This document shows positions 1-9,487 of a stretch of 59,400 bases of DNA, one piece after another. Origin of the DNA: Chromatiales bacterium (GTDB taxonomy: Bacteria; Pseudomonadota; Gammaproteobacteria; SZUA-152); contig JALSGT010000097.1 in assembly GCA_026982555.1 (NCBI GenBank), positions 1 to 59,400 on the forward strand, in the 5' to 3' direction. Both the position numbers and the translations under genes were made by a program. The notes under the pieces are model-generated. The model made no database searches, had not been told where the DNA came from, and was given only the letters and a program-made list of their open reading frames with translations. Within the stretch, counting starts at the first letter, position 1. The number at the start of each line of letters is the position of its first letter.

Positions 1-99
1 TAGCCACATATCAGGCGTAAAGCAATATAGTGCTTCGCGGTGTTTCCTGTACAACATGCATCTGCAAATAGATGCGGGTTACAACGAATGGCAAGGAGC

Positions 100-243
100 T
101 TACATGCCGCCGCCCATACCACCGCCACCACCACCCATACCACCGCCGCCGCCCATACCGCCACCGCCGCCGCCCATACCGCCACCGCCGCCGCCCATAC
201 CGCCACCGCCGCCGCCCATACCGCAGTCTTGTCCCATACCCAT
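100..243 (-). CDS. 47-aa Gly/Met-repeat microprotein MGMGQDCG-MGGGGGG-MGGGGGG-MGGGGGG-MGGGGG-MGGGGGG-MGGGM (below the ORF-track size cutoff)
   Basis: Hand translation of the minus strand: ATG at 243-241, TAA at 102-100. SD GAGGAG (256-251) lies 7 nt upstream with an A/T-rich spacer. Gly is encoded almost entirely by the common GGC/GGT codons with third-position variation. Confidence 0.6.
   Translation of the reverse strand: MGMGQDCGMGGGGGGMGGGGGGMGGGGGGMGGGGGMGGGGGGMGGGM
103..222. repeat. Imperfect tandem repeat, about 21-nt unit (CATACCGCCACCGCCGCCGCC), about 6 copies
   Basis: Directly visible; unit lengths stay multiples of 3 (21 or 18 nt). Confidence 0.9.
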
Positions 244-279
244 AATAAATCTCCTCTCAGGTTTACTGTTAAATTTACG

Positions 280-313
280 ATGTACTCATTGTTTATGAGT
301 TCGATGAGTACAT
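280..313. promoter_or_regulatory. Perfect 10-bp inverted repeat ATGTACTCAT-N14-ATGAGTACAT upstream of the microprotein gene (operator or 5'UTR hairpin)
   Basis: Inverted repeat seen directly; function inferred from position only. Confidence 0.3.
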
Positions 314-364
314 TTTTCGTCAAAAACAACATTGACTTTTTTGTGTTTTATCATCCCGTTGTCG

Positions 365-381
365 GGCAATGAACACGCCGA
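365..381 (-). promoter_or_regulatory. Candidate sigma54 (-24/-12) promoter pointing at the microprotein gene
   Basis: Minus strand reads TCGGCGTGTTCATTGCC, i.e. GG-N10-GC with TTGC. Imperfect match to TGGCAC-N5-TTGC. Confidence 0.25.
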
Positions 382-1496
382 AAATCTAGCAGTGAGGTCG
401 TTTGTTGTCAATTTTTTAAGCTGTTTTTTTAAAGGGAAATACTACCCATAACTTATTGAGTTTTAAGGGGTTATTTTGTGCTTTATGCTGGGTTGACCTG
501 AGGGAAGTAAGGTAAAACAGAACATTTGGTTAGCGGGTAACCAGTTATTGAATTGATTGTCTGATATAGACAGTTTTTTATAATATATAACAATATATAG
601 TTTTTTATTACAGCGCTTGCCTGTCCGATAATTAACACAACAAAAGAGTTGATATGTGAATAAAGTAATCTAAAGAAGATGCTCTTATTTGTTGCCTGTT
701 TAAGGTGTCATGACAGATTATAAACCATAAGAATGCCCCAATAAAATTTTTATACGAAGCCTGCTCAATTATTCATGATTTTTTTCTGTGAGAGACAAGG
801 TTAAATACCTTTGCGCGAAAGTAATATTCAGCCTGATGGTCAGGTGTTTCATCTTCTGGATTATATGAGTGATGATAGTTGGCTGTTTTGTTATTTTTTT
901 CTCTGTTTTATCTGATGGTTTTGAGGTGGTTTTTTTTATTGATTGTGTTATTTATTGAGTCCAGACAGAAATAAACTTCTTTTGAAAATGAAAAGTTGAG
1001 ATATAAAAATATAAGTGATCTATTTTCTTTCGGTTTGTTTTTTACTTTCCGACATTTCAGGTTGAAATATTAATTATTTTTATTAGGTGTAACTGAGAGT
1101 GAGCATCATTGCAATAGTCAGGAATATTTGAATCTGTTTGAATAATGATGGTTGCATTTTTATGTGTTTTTTGGTAAAAATCAGGTGTCGGATATGCATG
1201 AAAGATAACGTTATTAATAAAAGACAATATCCTTATAAGTTAATAAACGGTATGAGGAATTTATGGTGAAAAGTAACGGTTTGTTGTTAGATAAATTAAA
1301 CAACTGTTTCTGAAGCATGTCTTTTAGCTGGTGGTGTTATTAGTCTCTCCGGGCGTTTGCGATGGCAGTATGACTGCATTCCGGAGCTTGAAGTAAGGCG
1401 TATTGCAAGTGCTAACGATATTTGGTGTTATTTATCGTCAGTAGTATTGCTCTATATTTTTATGTTCTGGTTCAGTGACGGAACCTGTGTCAATAA

Positions 1497-2117
1497 GTGG
1501 GTCATATGGATATGAATGAATCAATAAAGGATAACCCACTTGATAAGTCTGAATTTGGCGCGTTGCCCAGGCTGTTCCCGGAAAGGAGTTTTGTTTCTGA
1601 GGGCGCTGCGGTTATTGTTGACCAACCATTAAGTACCTTCCAGAAAATACTGTTAACGACTGACGGTACGGTGACTGATCTTATTGCGCTTTACACGGGT
1701 GAGCCGATAAAAGTTAAAAAAATTGGACAGAAAATGTTTCTTAGCGATAATCGCCAGAATTTTTTTTGTCCACCGGAGACGCCGTTACTTGAAAGAAATG
1801 TTTTGCTTTGTGGCGCCAGCAAAAATTATCTTTATGCAGAATCTGTATTTGTTATTGGGTTGCTGTCCCGTTCGATTCAATACAAACTGCTGGAAACAGA
1901 TTGCCCCATAGGGCTGATGTGGAAGGAGGAAAAACTCGATATGTATCGTGATATTCTTGGTCATAAAACAGAAATATGTGATACCGTCGCCGCATATTTT
2001 GATGTCCCCCCTCAAACCCCGATTATTTCACGAACCTATTCGATTTATCACCGGGGTAAAATTTTAGGCACGATTACAGAAAAATTCCCTATTACCTATT
2101 TCAGGCGGGCGATGTGA
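1497..2117 (+). CDS. Chorismate pyruvate-lyase-like protein (DUF98/Rv2949c-like, putative 4-hydroxybenzoate synthase)
   Basis: LLTTDGTVT..L, RNVLL, YAES, PIG..W and SRTY..ITEKFP motifs. True start may be the ATG at 1506 or 1512. Confidence 0.75.
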   Translation: MGHMDMNESIKDNPLDKSEFGALPRLFPERSFVSEGAAVIVDQPLSTFQKILLTTDGTVTDLIALYTGEPIKVKKIGQKMFLSDNRQNFFCPPETPLLERNVLLCGASKNYLYAESVFVIGLLSRSIQYKLLETDCPIGLMWKEEKLDMYRDILGHKTEICDTVAAYFDVPPQTPIISRTYSIYHRGKILGTITEKFPITYFRRAM

Positions 2118-2251
2118 AAGGGGATAATCCTGTGGCGCGGCATTCGTAACGATCAAAGCCCGGTTTTTTATTCTGTCCCTGATGTTAGCATCGGCGTTCG
2201 GGTGCGAGTATCTCTATTCCTCAGTATCATGTCATACTCCACCGATTTTAC

Positions 2252-3052
2252 ATGGATGTGCTGGATAGCGTGGACCGACCCTTGATGAGTGTTTTTTCTG
2301 AAATGTGTCATTCGGAACCAAAATGGGATTCTTCTCCCGTTGATTTCACGATAAATGACAATGAGGTCCATCTCTGGCAAGCCTGTCTGGATCAGCCCTG
2401 CTCACGTATCCAGACGTTGGAACGGTTGCTGTGTCCGGCAGAAAGGCTGAGAGCGGGAAAATTTGTATTTGATAAACACCGTCGGCGTTTTATTGCCGGG
2501 CGTGGATTTTTACGCAACATTTTGAGCGGGTACTTAAACCAGCAGGCCGTAAACCTGGAGTTTTCCTATGGCCCACAGGGAAAGCCTGCGCTTGTTTCTT
2601 CCGGTGTTCACGATACGCTGTATTTCAATGTGTCTCATTCTCATGAAATGGCGCTTTATGCCATTTCCAGAAACCGCCAAGTGGGTGTTGATGTCGAATA
2701 TCTTCGGGCAAAGCACGATGTGGAAAATATCGCACAGCGTTATTTTTACCGAGGTGAATGTGATGTTATTGATTCTCTTCCTGCAGAGAAAAAAAAGGAG
2801 GCTTTTTTCAAGGCATGGACTGTCAAAGAGGCTTACGCAAAGGCAACAGGAGAGGGATTGTCCGTATTGGAACAGGTTGAGACCTCACTGTCTCCGGATG
2901 GTCCGGCAACATTGCTGAATATCCATGGACATTCTGGCGCAGCGGCCTGTTGGTTGTCCCGCCAGATCCCTCTCTTTCCAGACTATGTGGCGGCACTGGT
3001 GGTTGAGGGTCGGGACTGGGGGTTACGCTGCGTCATGCATCACCCGGATTGA
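2252..3052 (+). CDS. 4'-phosphopantetheinyl transferase, Sfp/HetI type
   Basis: GKP, FNVSHS, VGVDVE and WTVKEAYAKATGEGL motifs. Confidence 0.92.
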   Translation: MDVLDSVDRPLMSVFSEMCHSEPKWDSSPVDFTINDNEVHLWQACLDQPCSRIQTLERLLCPAERLRAGKFVFDKHRRRFIAGRGFLRNILSGYLNQQAVNLEFSYGPQGKPALVSSGVHDTLYFNVSHSHEMALYAISRNRQVGVDVEYLRAKHDVENIAQRYFYRGECDVIDSLPAEKKKEAFFKAWTVKEAYAKATGEGLSVLEQVETSLSPDGPATLLNIHGHSGAAACWLSRQIPLFPDYVAALVVEGRDWGLRCVMHHPD

Positions 3053-3252
3053 TGCGCTTCTTTTACACGGGTGGCCCTCCTCTTGCGTAAAGCTTGTAAA
3101 TTGATTGCCGATAGGACTTGGGAATGGAAATGGGATAAGTTATTCAATTTCAACTCTTTAGAGGCTACAACATCAGAAATTCCTTGTTATTGTTATACCC
3201 TGGGTGCGACGGATTCCTGATGGACATGATATTGGCGGTGTGAGGCAGCTGA

Positions 3253-6102
3253 ATGAAAAAAGCAGCAATGAAAGCAATGCAGGACAACAGTTATTTGTTT
3301 AGCGCAAATGCCGGGTTTGTTGAAGAGCAGTACGCGGTCTTTTTGCAAGACCCGTCAGCCGTGAGTGCTGACTGGCGGGCGCTTTTTTCCGATGAAAAAT
3401 TTGCCGGTTCCCGGGCTGAAGAGGGCACGTCTGGTGTCGAAGTGGACCATCAGGCCATACGCGATGAGTTCAGGCGCATGGCCAGGCAACCCCGGATGCC
3501 CGCCGCCGCGAATGCAGCAGCGCCAGAAAAATCCTGTCTGGATGCCAAGCAGGTGGCTGTTTTGCAACTGATTAATGCGTACCGTTTTCGTGGGCACGAA
3601 CATGCCGATCTGGACCCGCTGGAACTGCGTGATCAGAACCTGGTGCCGGAGCTGCATCCCGCGTTTTACAAGCTGGGCGATGATGATATGGCGACCGTGT
3701 TCAACACCGGCTCGCTGGTGGGTGACGATACCGCGCCGCTACAGGAAATTCTGGAAATTCTGCGCCGCTCGTATTGTGGGCACATTGGTCTGGAATACAT
3801 GCACATCACGGATACGCAACAGAAGCGCTGGATACAGCAACGTGTTGAGGGGGCTGGCAGCCGATATGAATTCCCGAAAAAACAACGCCTGGATATGCTC
3901 AAATCCATTTTGTCCGCCTCGGAATTTGAGCGCTATTTGCATACCCGTTATGTGGGACAGAAACGCTTTTCACTGGAAGGGGCGGAATGTCTGATTCCCA
4001 TGTTACGCCAGCTGGTACAGCAGGCGGGTGAAAACAAAGTGGCCGAAGTGGTGATGGGTATGGCACACCGTGGACGCTTGAATGTATTGACTAATATTCT
4101 GGGCAAGGCACCCAGCTCATTGTTTGATGAATTTGAGGGGAAATCAGCCGGACAGGTGGTTAATGGTTCGGGAGATGTAAAATACCACCAGGGGTTTTCA
4201 TCGGACATCGAAACCTCCGGCGGCATTGTGCATCTGGCTTTGTTGTTTAATCCATCACATCTGGAAATTGTCGGCCCGGTGGTGGGTGGTTCGGTGCGCG
4301 CCCGGCAGCATCGCCGTAAGGATACGACCGGCAGCATGGTGTTGCCCGTACTGATTCATGGTGATGCCGCATTTTCCGGTCAGGGTGTGGTGATGGAAAA
4401 TTTTAATATGTCGCAGGCGCGTGGTTTCAGCATCGGTGGCACAGTACATATTATTATCAACAACCAAATCGGTTTCACCACCAGCAATCCGCTGGATTCG
4501 CGTTCCACGACCTATTGCACCGAAGTGGCACGCATGATCCAGGCTCCGATTTTTCACGTCAACGGCGATGACCCGGAAGCGGTGGCGCGCATCATAAAAA
4601 TCGCCCTGGATTTTCGTATGGTCTACCGTAAGGATGTGGTGGTGGACATGGTGTGTTATCGCCGTCATGGCCATAGTGAAGCCGATGAGCCCGCAGCAAC
4701 ACAGCCGATGATGTATAAAAAAATCCGTCAGCATGCCCGGGTCGCACAACTCTACGCAGATCAACTGATCGACGATGATATTGTCAGCGCAGATGACGTG
4801 GATGCGATGAACCTGCAATACCGGGACCGCCTGGACAACGGTGAAACGGTGGCACCCGACATAGTGAATAAATATTACGATAAACCTTACTGGGTGGACT
4901 GGAAGCCTTATCAGGAAAGCGATTGGAATGAAAATATTGATACCCGCAAATCACCCTCGTACATACAGGATGTGGTGAACCGGTTATACCGCCTGCCGGA
5001 TAATGTGACGCCGCACACCAGCGTGCGCCGCATTCTGGATGATCGCCATAAAATGGCCCGGAATGAAATGCCCATGGACTGGGGGTTTGCAGAAACCATG
5101 GCTTACGCCAGCCTGGTGGAAGAAGGCTCTCCTGTCCGTTTGTCGGGGCAGGACAGCGGTCGCGGCACCTTCTTTCATCGCCATGCGATTATTCATGACC
5201 AGCAGAGCGGTGAGAGTTATACCCCGTTACAACATTTGACAGAAGAGCAGGGTGATTTCGTTGTGATTGACTCCCTGTTATCCGAAGAAGCGGTACTGGG
5301 TTTTGAATATGGCTTCAGTACTGCTGCGCCTGATGCATTGGTTATCTGGGAAGCGCAATTTGGTGACTTTGCCAACGGGGCACAGGTCGTGATTGACCAG
5401 TTTATTACCTCAGGCTTCTCCAAATGGGGGCGTTTGAGTGGTCTTGTGATGTTTTTGCCGCACGGTTTTGATGGACAGGGACCGGAACACTCATCAGCCC
5501 GCCTGGAGCGTTATTTACAGTTATGTGCTGAAAATAACGTGCAGGTGTGTATGCCCAGTGAACCGGCACAAATGTTTCACATGTTGCGCCGCCAGGTGTT
5601 ACGCAAAATGCGCACACCACTGATTGTGATGACCCCCAAAAGCCTGCTGCGACATAAATTGTCAACATCGCGTCTGGAAGACCTGTCCGACGGTGAATTC
5701 AAAACGGTGATTGATGATCCCGATGAGCTGGACGCCAAAAAAGTCACCCGCGTCGTGGTGTGCAGTGGCAAAGTGTTTTTTGATTTGCTGGATGCGCGCA
5801 GAAAGCGTGAGCGGCACAATGTCGCACTGATTCGTATTGAGCAGCTTTATCCTTTCCCTGCCACGCAGTTTTGTGAGGTACTGGCAGCATACCCAAAAGC
5901 GAAGCAAATTGTCTGGTGCCAGGAAGAGCCACAGAACCAGGGCGCATGGCAATATATCCGACCCACCCTGCGCGAGAGCAAACAGGATAAACAGGTATTG
6001 TCTTATGCCGGGCGACCGACCGCAGCCGCACCGGCTGTGGGGAGTTACAAAAAACACATTCAGCAATTACAATCACTGATTGATACCGCATTATCGGAGT
6101 GA
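3253..6102 (+). CDS. sucA: 2-oxoglutarate dehydrogenase E1 component
   Basis: GQKRFSLEG, GMAHRGRLN, GDVKYH, HGDAAFSGQG, WEAQFGDF and GQGPEHSS motifs. Confidence 0.98.
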   Translation: MKKAAMKAMQDNSYLFSANAGFVEEQYAVFLQDPSAVSADWRALFSDEKFAGSRAEEGTSGVEVDHQAIRDEFRRMARQPRMPAAANAAAPEKSCLDAKQVAVLQLINAYRFRGHEHADLDPLELRDQNLVPELHPAFYKLGDDDMATVFNTGSLVGDDTAPLQEILEILRRSYCGHIGLEYMHITDTQQKRWIQQRVEGAGSRYEFPKKQRLDMLKSILSASEFERYLHTRYVGQKRFSLEGAECLIPMLRQLVQQAGENKVAEVVMGMAHRGRLNVLTNILGKAPSSLFDEFEGKSAGQVVNGSGDVKYHQGFSSDIETSGGIVHLALLFNPSHLEIVGPVVGGSVRARQHRRKDTTGSMVLPVLIHGDAAFSGQGVVMENFNMSQARGFSIGGTVHIIINNQIGFTTSNPLDSRSTTYCTEVARMIQAPIFHVNGDDPEAVARIIKIALDFRMVYRKDVVVDMVCYRRHGHSEADEPAATQPMMYKKIRQHARVAQLYADQLIDDDIVSADDVDAMNLQYRDRLDNGETVAPDIVNKYYDKPYWVDWKPYQESDWNENIDTRKSPSYIQDVVNRLYRLPDNVTPHTSVRRILDDRHKMARNEMPMDWGFAETMAYASLVEEGSPVRLSGQDSGRGTFFHRHAIIHDQQSGESYTPLQHLTEEQGDFVVIDSLLSEEAVLGFEYGFSTAAPDALVIWEAQFGDFANGAQVVIDQFITSGFSKWGRLSGLVMFLPHGFDGQGPEHSSARLERYLQLCAENNVQVCMPSEPAQMFHMLRRQVLRKMRTPLIVMTPKSLLRHKLSTSRLEDLSDGEFKTVIDDPDELDAKKVTRVVVCSGKVFFDLLDARRKRERHNVALIRIEQLYPFPATQFCEVLAAYPKAKQIVWCQEEPQNQGAWQYIRPTLRESKQDKQVLSYAGRPTAAAPAVGSYKKHIQQLQSLIDTALSE

Positions 6103-6162
6103 TATTTGTCATGAAATATGCAGCGAACAGTCCGTGTTTACACAATATTCTGGAGAATCTTT

Positions 6163-7401
6163 ATGCTGATTGATGTAAAGGTACCCGCCTTGTCGGAATC
6201 CATTACTGACGGAACCCTGCTTAACTGGCACAAAAAACCCGGCGAATTCGTCCGGCGTGACGAAAATCTTGTGGATTTGGAAACAGATAAAGTCGTGCTG
6301 GAAATTGTGGCACCGAAAGAAGGTGTATTACAGGAAATCAACAAAGGTGATGGTGAATTGGTGGCAAGTGAAGAAATTATTGCCACGATCAACGATGAAG
6401 GCAAACCTGGACAGCGTGAAGAAGAGCAGACGGCTATCGCTGAAAAAATAACAACAACCGAAAAAATACCGGAAGTCCTGTTAAGCCCCGCCGCAAAAAA
6501 ACTGGTGGCAGAAAACAATATCGACCCTGCGCGTGTATCGGGAACCGGTCGGGATAATCGTGTCACCAAGGCCGATATTATCCATTATCTGGAAACACGG
6601 GGTGGTGGCAAAAAACACGAAAAAGTTGCAGATGACATTATCGATGAAAATGTGGCGGTTGATTCTGTAAAAGCACCTATAATGAATGTACCAACGGGAG
6701 CCCGACCGGAAAAGCGTGTACCCATGAGCCGCCTGCGCGCGCGCGTGGCGGAGCGACTCAAGGATGCGCAAAACACAGCAGCCATCCTGACGACATTTAA
6801 TGAAGTCAACATGCAGCCTGTGATGACGCTGCGTGAAAAATACAAAGACGCATTTGAGAAACAGCACGGTACCCGGCTGGGCTTCATGTCCTTTTTTGCC
6901 AAAGCCGTTACTGAAGCGCTAAAGCAATTCCCGGTGATCAACGCCTCAATAGACGGAAAGGACATCGTCTATCACGGTTATTTTGATATTGGCATCGCCA
7001 TAGGTTCACCGCGTGGACTGGTGGTACCGATATTACGTGATGTGGATCAATTGAGTTTTGCGGACATCGAAAAAGGTATTCGTGACTTTGGTCAGCGTGC
7101 CCAGGATGGAAAGTTATTGCTGGATGAACTGACCGGCGGCACTTTCAGTATCACCAACGGAGGCACCTTCGGTTCCATGTTATCCACGCCCATATTGAAT
7201 CCACCACAAAGTGCGATACTGGGCATGCACAACATCCAGCAACGGGCCGTAGTGGAAGAGGGCGAAATAGTGGCGCGACCCATGATGTATCTGGCTCTGT
7301 CTTATGATCATCGCATTGTGGATGGCAGTGATGCCGTATTGTTTCTCGTCGCCATTAAAAATACGCTGGAAGACCCGGCACGTTTGTTGTTGGAAATATA
7401 A
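6163..7401 (+). CDS. sucB: Dihydrolipoyllysine-residue succinyltransferase (E2)
   Basis: Lipoyl motif ETDKV, E3-binding domain, catalytic DHRIVDG. GGAG RBS precedes the ATG at 6163. Confidence 0.97.
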   Translation: MLIDVKVPALSESITDGTLLNWHKKPGEFVRRDENLVDLETDKVVLEIVAPKEGVLQEINKGDGELVASEEIIATINDEGKPGQREEEQTAIAEKITTTEKIPEVLLSPAAKKLVAENNIDPARVSGTGRDNRVTKADIIHYLETRGGGKKHEKVADDIIDENVAVDSVKAPIMNVPTGARPEKRVPMSRLRARVAERLKDAQNTAAILTTFNEVNMQPVMTLREKYKDAFEKQHGTRLGFMSFFAKAVTEALKQFPVINASIDGKDIVYHGYFDIGIAIGSPRGLVVPILRDVDQLSFADIEKGIRDFGQRAQDGKLLLDELTGGTFSITNGGTFGSMLSTPILNPPQSAILGMHNIQQRAVVEEGEIVARPMMYLALSYDHRIVDGSDAVLFLVAIKNTLEDPARLLLEI

Positions 7402-7487
7402 TGTCTACAGGGAGCGTGTACGTTCCCGGAGGGTGTTAACGCCCCCCTAAAGCCTGCGACAAAAAAATAAACTCAAGGAATCAAGCC

Positions 7488-8918
7488 ATGGCAGATTTTG
7501 ATGTAATCGTTATTGGCGGTGGCCCCGGTGGTTACGTGGCCGCTATTCGTTGTGCCCAGCTCGGCCTGAAAACAGCCTGTATTGATGACCGTGTGGATGA
7601 AAAGGGAGAGCCTTCACTGGGCGGTGTCTGTCTCAATGTCGGCTGTATTCCCTCCAAGGCATTATTGGACACCAGTCATCATTACCATCGTGCGCAACAT
7701 GAGTTTGCCGGACATGGCATTAGCATTAAAGACCTTGATATCGATATTGCCACCATGATGGCACGCAAAAAGAAAGTGGTTAAAACCCTGACGGACGGTA
7801 TTGCCATGTTGTTCGTCAAACATAAAATTACCTGGTTCAAAGGGCGGGGTGAACTGGTGGGTGGGAATCGCGTGCGCGTATCACCACGCAATGACAACAA
7901 AGGTAATGACAACGAAAGTCACGAATACCAGGCAAACTCCATCATCATCGCCACGGGCTCCTCGCCGGTAATGCCGGATGCAATACCGGAAGACGAAAAA
8001 ATCGTAGATTCTACCGGTGCGCTGGCCTTCGAATCCGTCCCCAAACGCCTTGCCGTTATTGGAGGTGGTGTCATTGGTTTGGAACTGGGCAGTGTGTGGG
8101 CCCGCCTGGGAGCTAAAACCTCCATTATTGTGCGAGGTACTCAATTTCTGAAAAATGTTGACCAGCAGATTGCCAAAGTAATACAGCAGGACCTGGAAAA
8201 ACAAGGCATGAATATTTTACTGGGTGCAAAGCTGGTTTCCGTAAAACCGGGCAAAAAAAATGTCACTATTATTTATGCCACCGATGATGGTGAGAAAAAA
8301 CTGGTCGTAGACAACGTATTGGTTGCCACTGGCCGTACACCCAACACCGAAGGCATCGGCGCGGACATCGTGGGACTGGCGCGGGATGCGCGTGGCTTTA
8401 TTGAAGTGGATGCGGAATGCCGCAGTAACCTGCCCAATGTATTTGCCATTGGTGATGTGGTGCGTGGCCCTATGCTGGCACACAAGGCATCGGAAGAAGG
8501 CGTCGCCGTGGCAGAGCGCATTGCCGGTCAACAACCGGAAGTGAATTACGCCGTAATCCCTTCGGTGGTGTACATCTGGCCGGAGTTGGCATGGGTCGGC
8601 CTGACCACCGAGCAATTACAATCTGCGGGCACTCGTTTTAAATCCGGTGTGTTTCCCTTTGCCGCCAGTGGCCGCGCCCATGCTTCAGGCGATACCCGTG
8701 GCATGGTGAAAATCCTCAGCGATGCCGACACCGACCAGATACTCGGTGTGCATATTTATGGCCCCAATGCCTCAGAATTGATTAGCGAAGCTGTGGTGGC
8801 CATGGAATATTCCGCATCAGCAGAAGACCTTGCACGCATCGTGCATGCTCACCCCACCTTATCGGAAGCCGTGCATGAAGCGGCATTAGCGGTTGACGGG
8901 CGCGCGTTACATGTCTGA
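7488..8918 (+). CDS. lpdA: Dihydrolipoamide dehydrogenase (E3)
   Basis: GGGPGGY FAD motif, redox-active CLNVGC, HPTLSE. Confidence 0.97.
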   Translation: MADFDVIVIGGGPGGYVAAIRCAQLGLKTACIDDRVDEKGEPSLGGVCLNVGCIPSKALLDTSHHYHRAQHEFAGHGISIKDLDIDIATMMARKKKVVKTLTDGIAMLFVKHKITWFKGRGELVGGNRVRVSPRNDNKGNDNESHEYQANSIIIATGSSPVMPDAIPEDEKIVDSTGALAFESVPKRLAVIGGGVIGLELGSVWARLGAKTSIIVRGTQFLKNVDQQIAKVIQQDLEKQGMNILLGAKLVSVKPGKKNVTIIYATDDGEKKLVVDNVLVATGRTPNTEGIGADIVGLARDARGFIEVDAECRSNLPNVFAIGDVVRGPMLAHKASEEGVAVAERIAGQQPEVNYAVIPSVVYIWPELAWVGLTTEQLQSAGTRFKSGVFPFAASGRAHASGDTRGMVKILSDADTDQILGVHIYGPNASELISEAVVAMEYSASAEDLARIVHAHPTLSEAVHEAALAVDGRALHV

Positions 8919-9176
8919 ATATCATCAAGTTAAGTCAATATTCCTGTTTGGTGTGGGCTGGTAGTGAGTTTGCGAACCCAATTTGTTTAGGATCGCTCGA
9001 ACAATAATTGTCATTTTTGTATGAAGGAAGTCACCCAAAAGTTGAAACTACCGGACACTGACCTTCGTCAGTGTGGCGTTAACACTCCATCAGTTTGCGG
9101 TAACGTTGTTTGTTTGAAAAAGTCGGCGTATTGGGTGTCTGGTTTTTTTGTATTTATGATTTTTCCGCTGACACAA

Positions 9177-9237
9177 GGTGGAACCGCTACGCTTGTTCCA
9201 CCCTACCCAATACCACTCCAACCGTAGCGGTTCCACC
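9177..9237. repeat. GTAG-type REP (minus strand GTAGGGTGGAACAAGCGTAGCGGTTCCACC, 9177-9206) plus a truncated inverted copy (9223-9237)
   Basis: GTAG tetranucleotide followed by an imperfect palindrome; near-identical copy at 54610-54639. Confidence 0.75.
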
Positions 9238-9487
9238 ATTGACTTGAAAGGAGCCAGTGATACTTGATTTTGCCCCATATCATTTCAATGATATCGATGT
9301 CATTATCAGTGCCCGATGACAGAAAACACTATTTTTTCAATTTTCACGACACACTGTCAGAATGGGACAATGATTTATCGATCGATCAATCAATCCTTAC
9401 TCATTATTTCTGCGTTGTCATATCTATTTATATCCTGATACCCATTACCCGGACTCCTGAGAAGGAACGAAATATTTTTCGCGGCTC

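Noticed and set aside
100-243. 3' fragment of groEL (GGM tail)
   Set aside because: No GroEL-like sequence upstream on the minus strand; the ORF has its own RBS and ATG, and its G5-6M periodicity is longer than the usual GGM.
40-372. Plus-strand ORFs: poly-Pro (PPPPPPI)n at 56-298, with AAGGAG before the ATG at 104, and an Ala/His/Thr-repeat ORF at 40-372
   Set aside because: Probably shadows of the minus-strand Gly/Met ORF: every repeat Ile would use the rare ATA codon (the shifted antisense reading of ATG), and the minus strand has the better start context. Not fully excluded, because the ATG at 104 has an SD-like sequence.
3253-8918. sucAB-lpdA without adjacent sdh or sucCD genes as a novelty
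   Set aside because: Operon context of these genes varies widely among Proteobacteria and the proteins look canonical.
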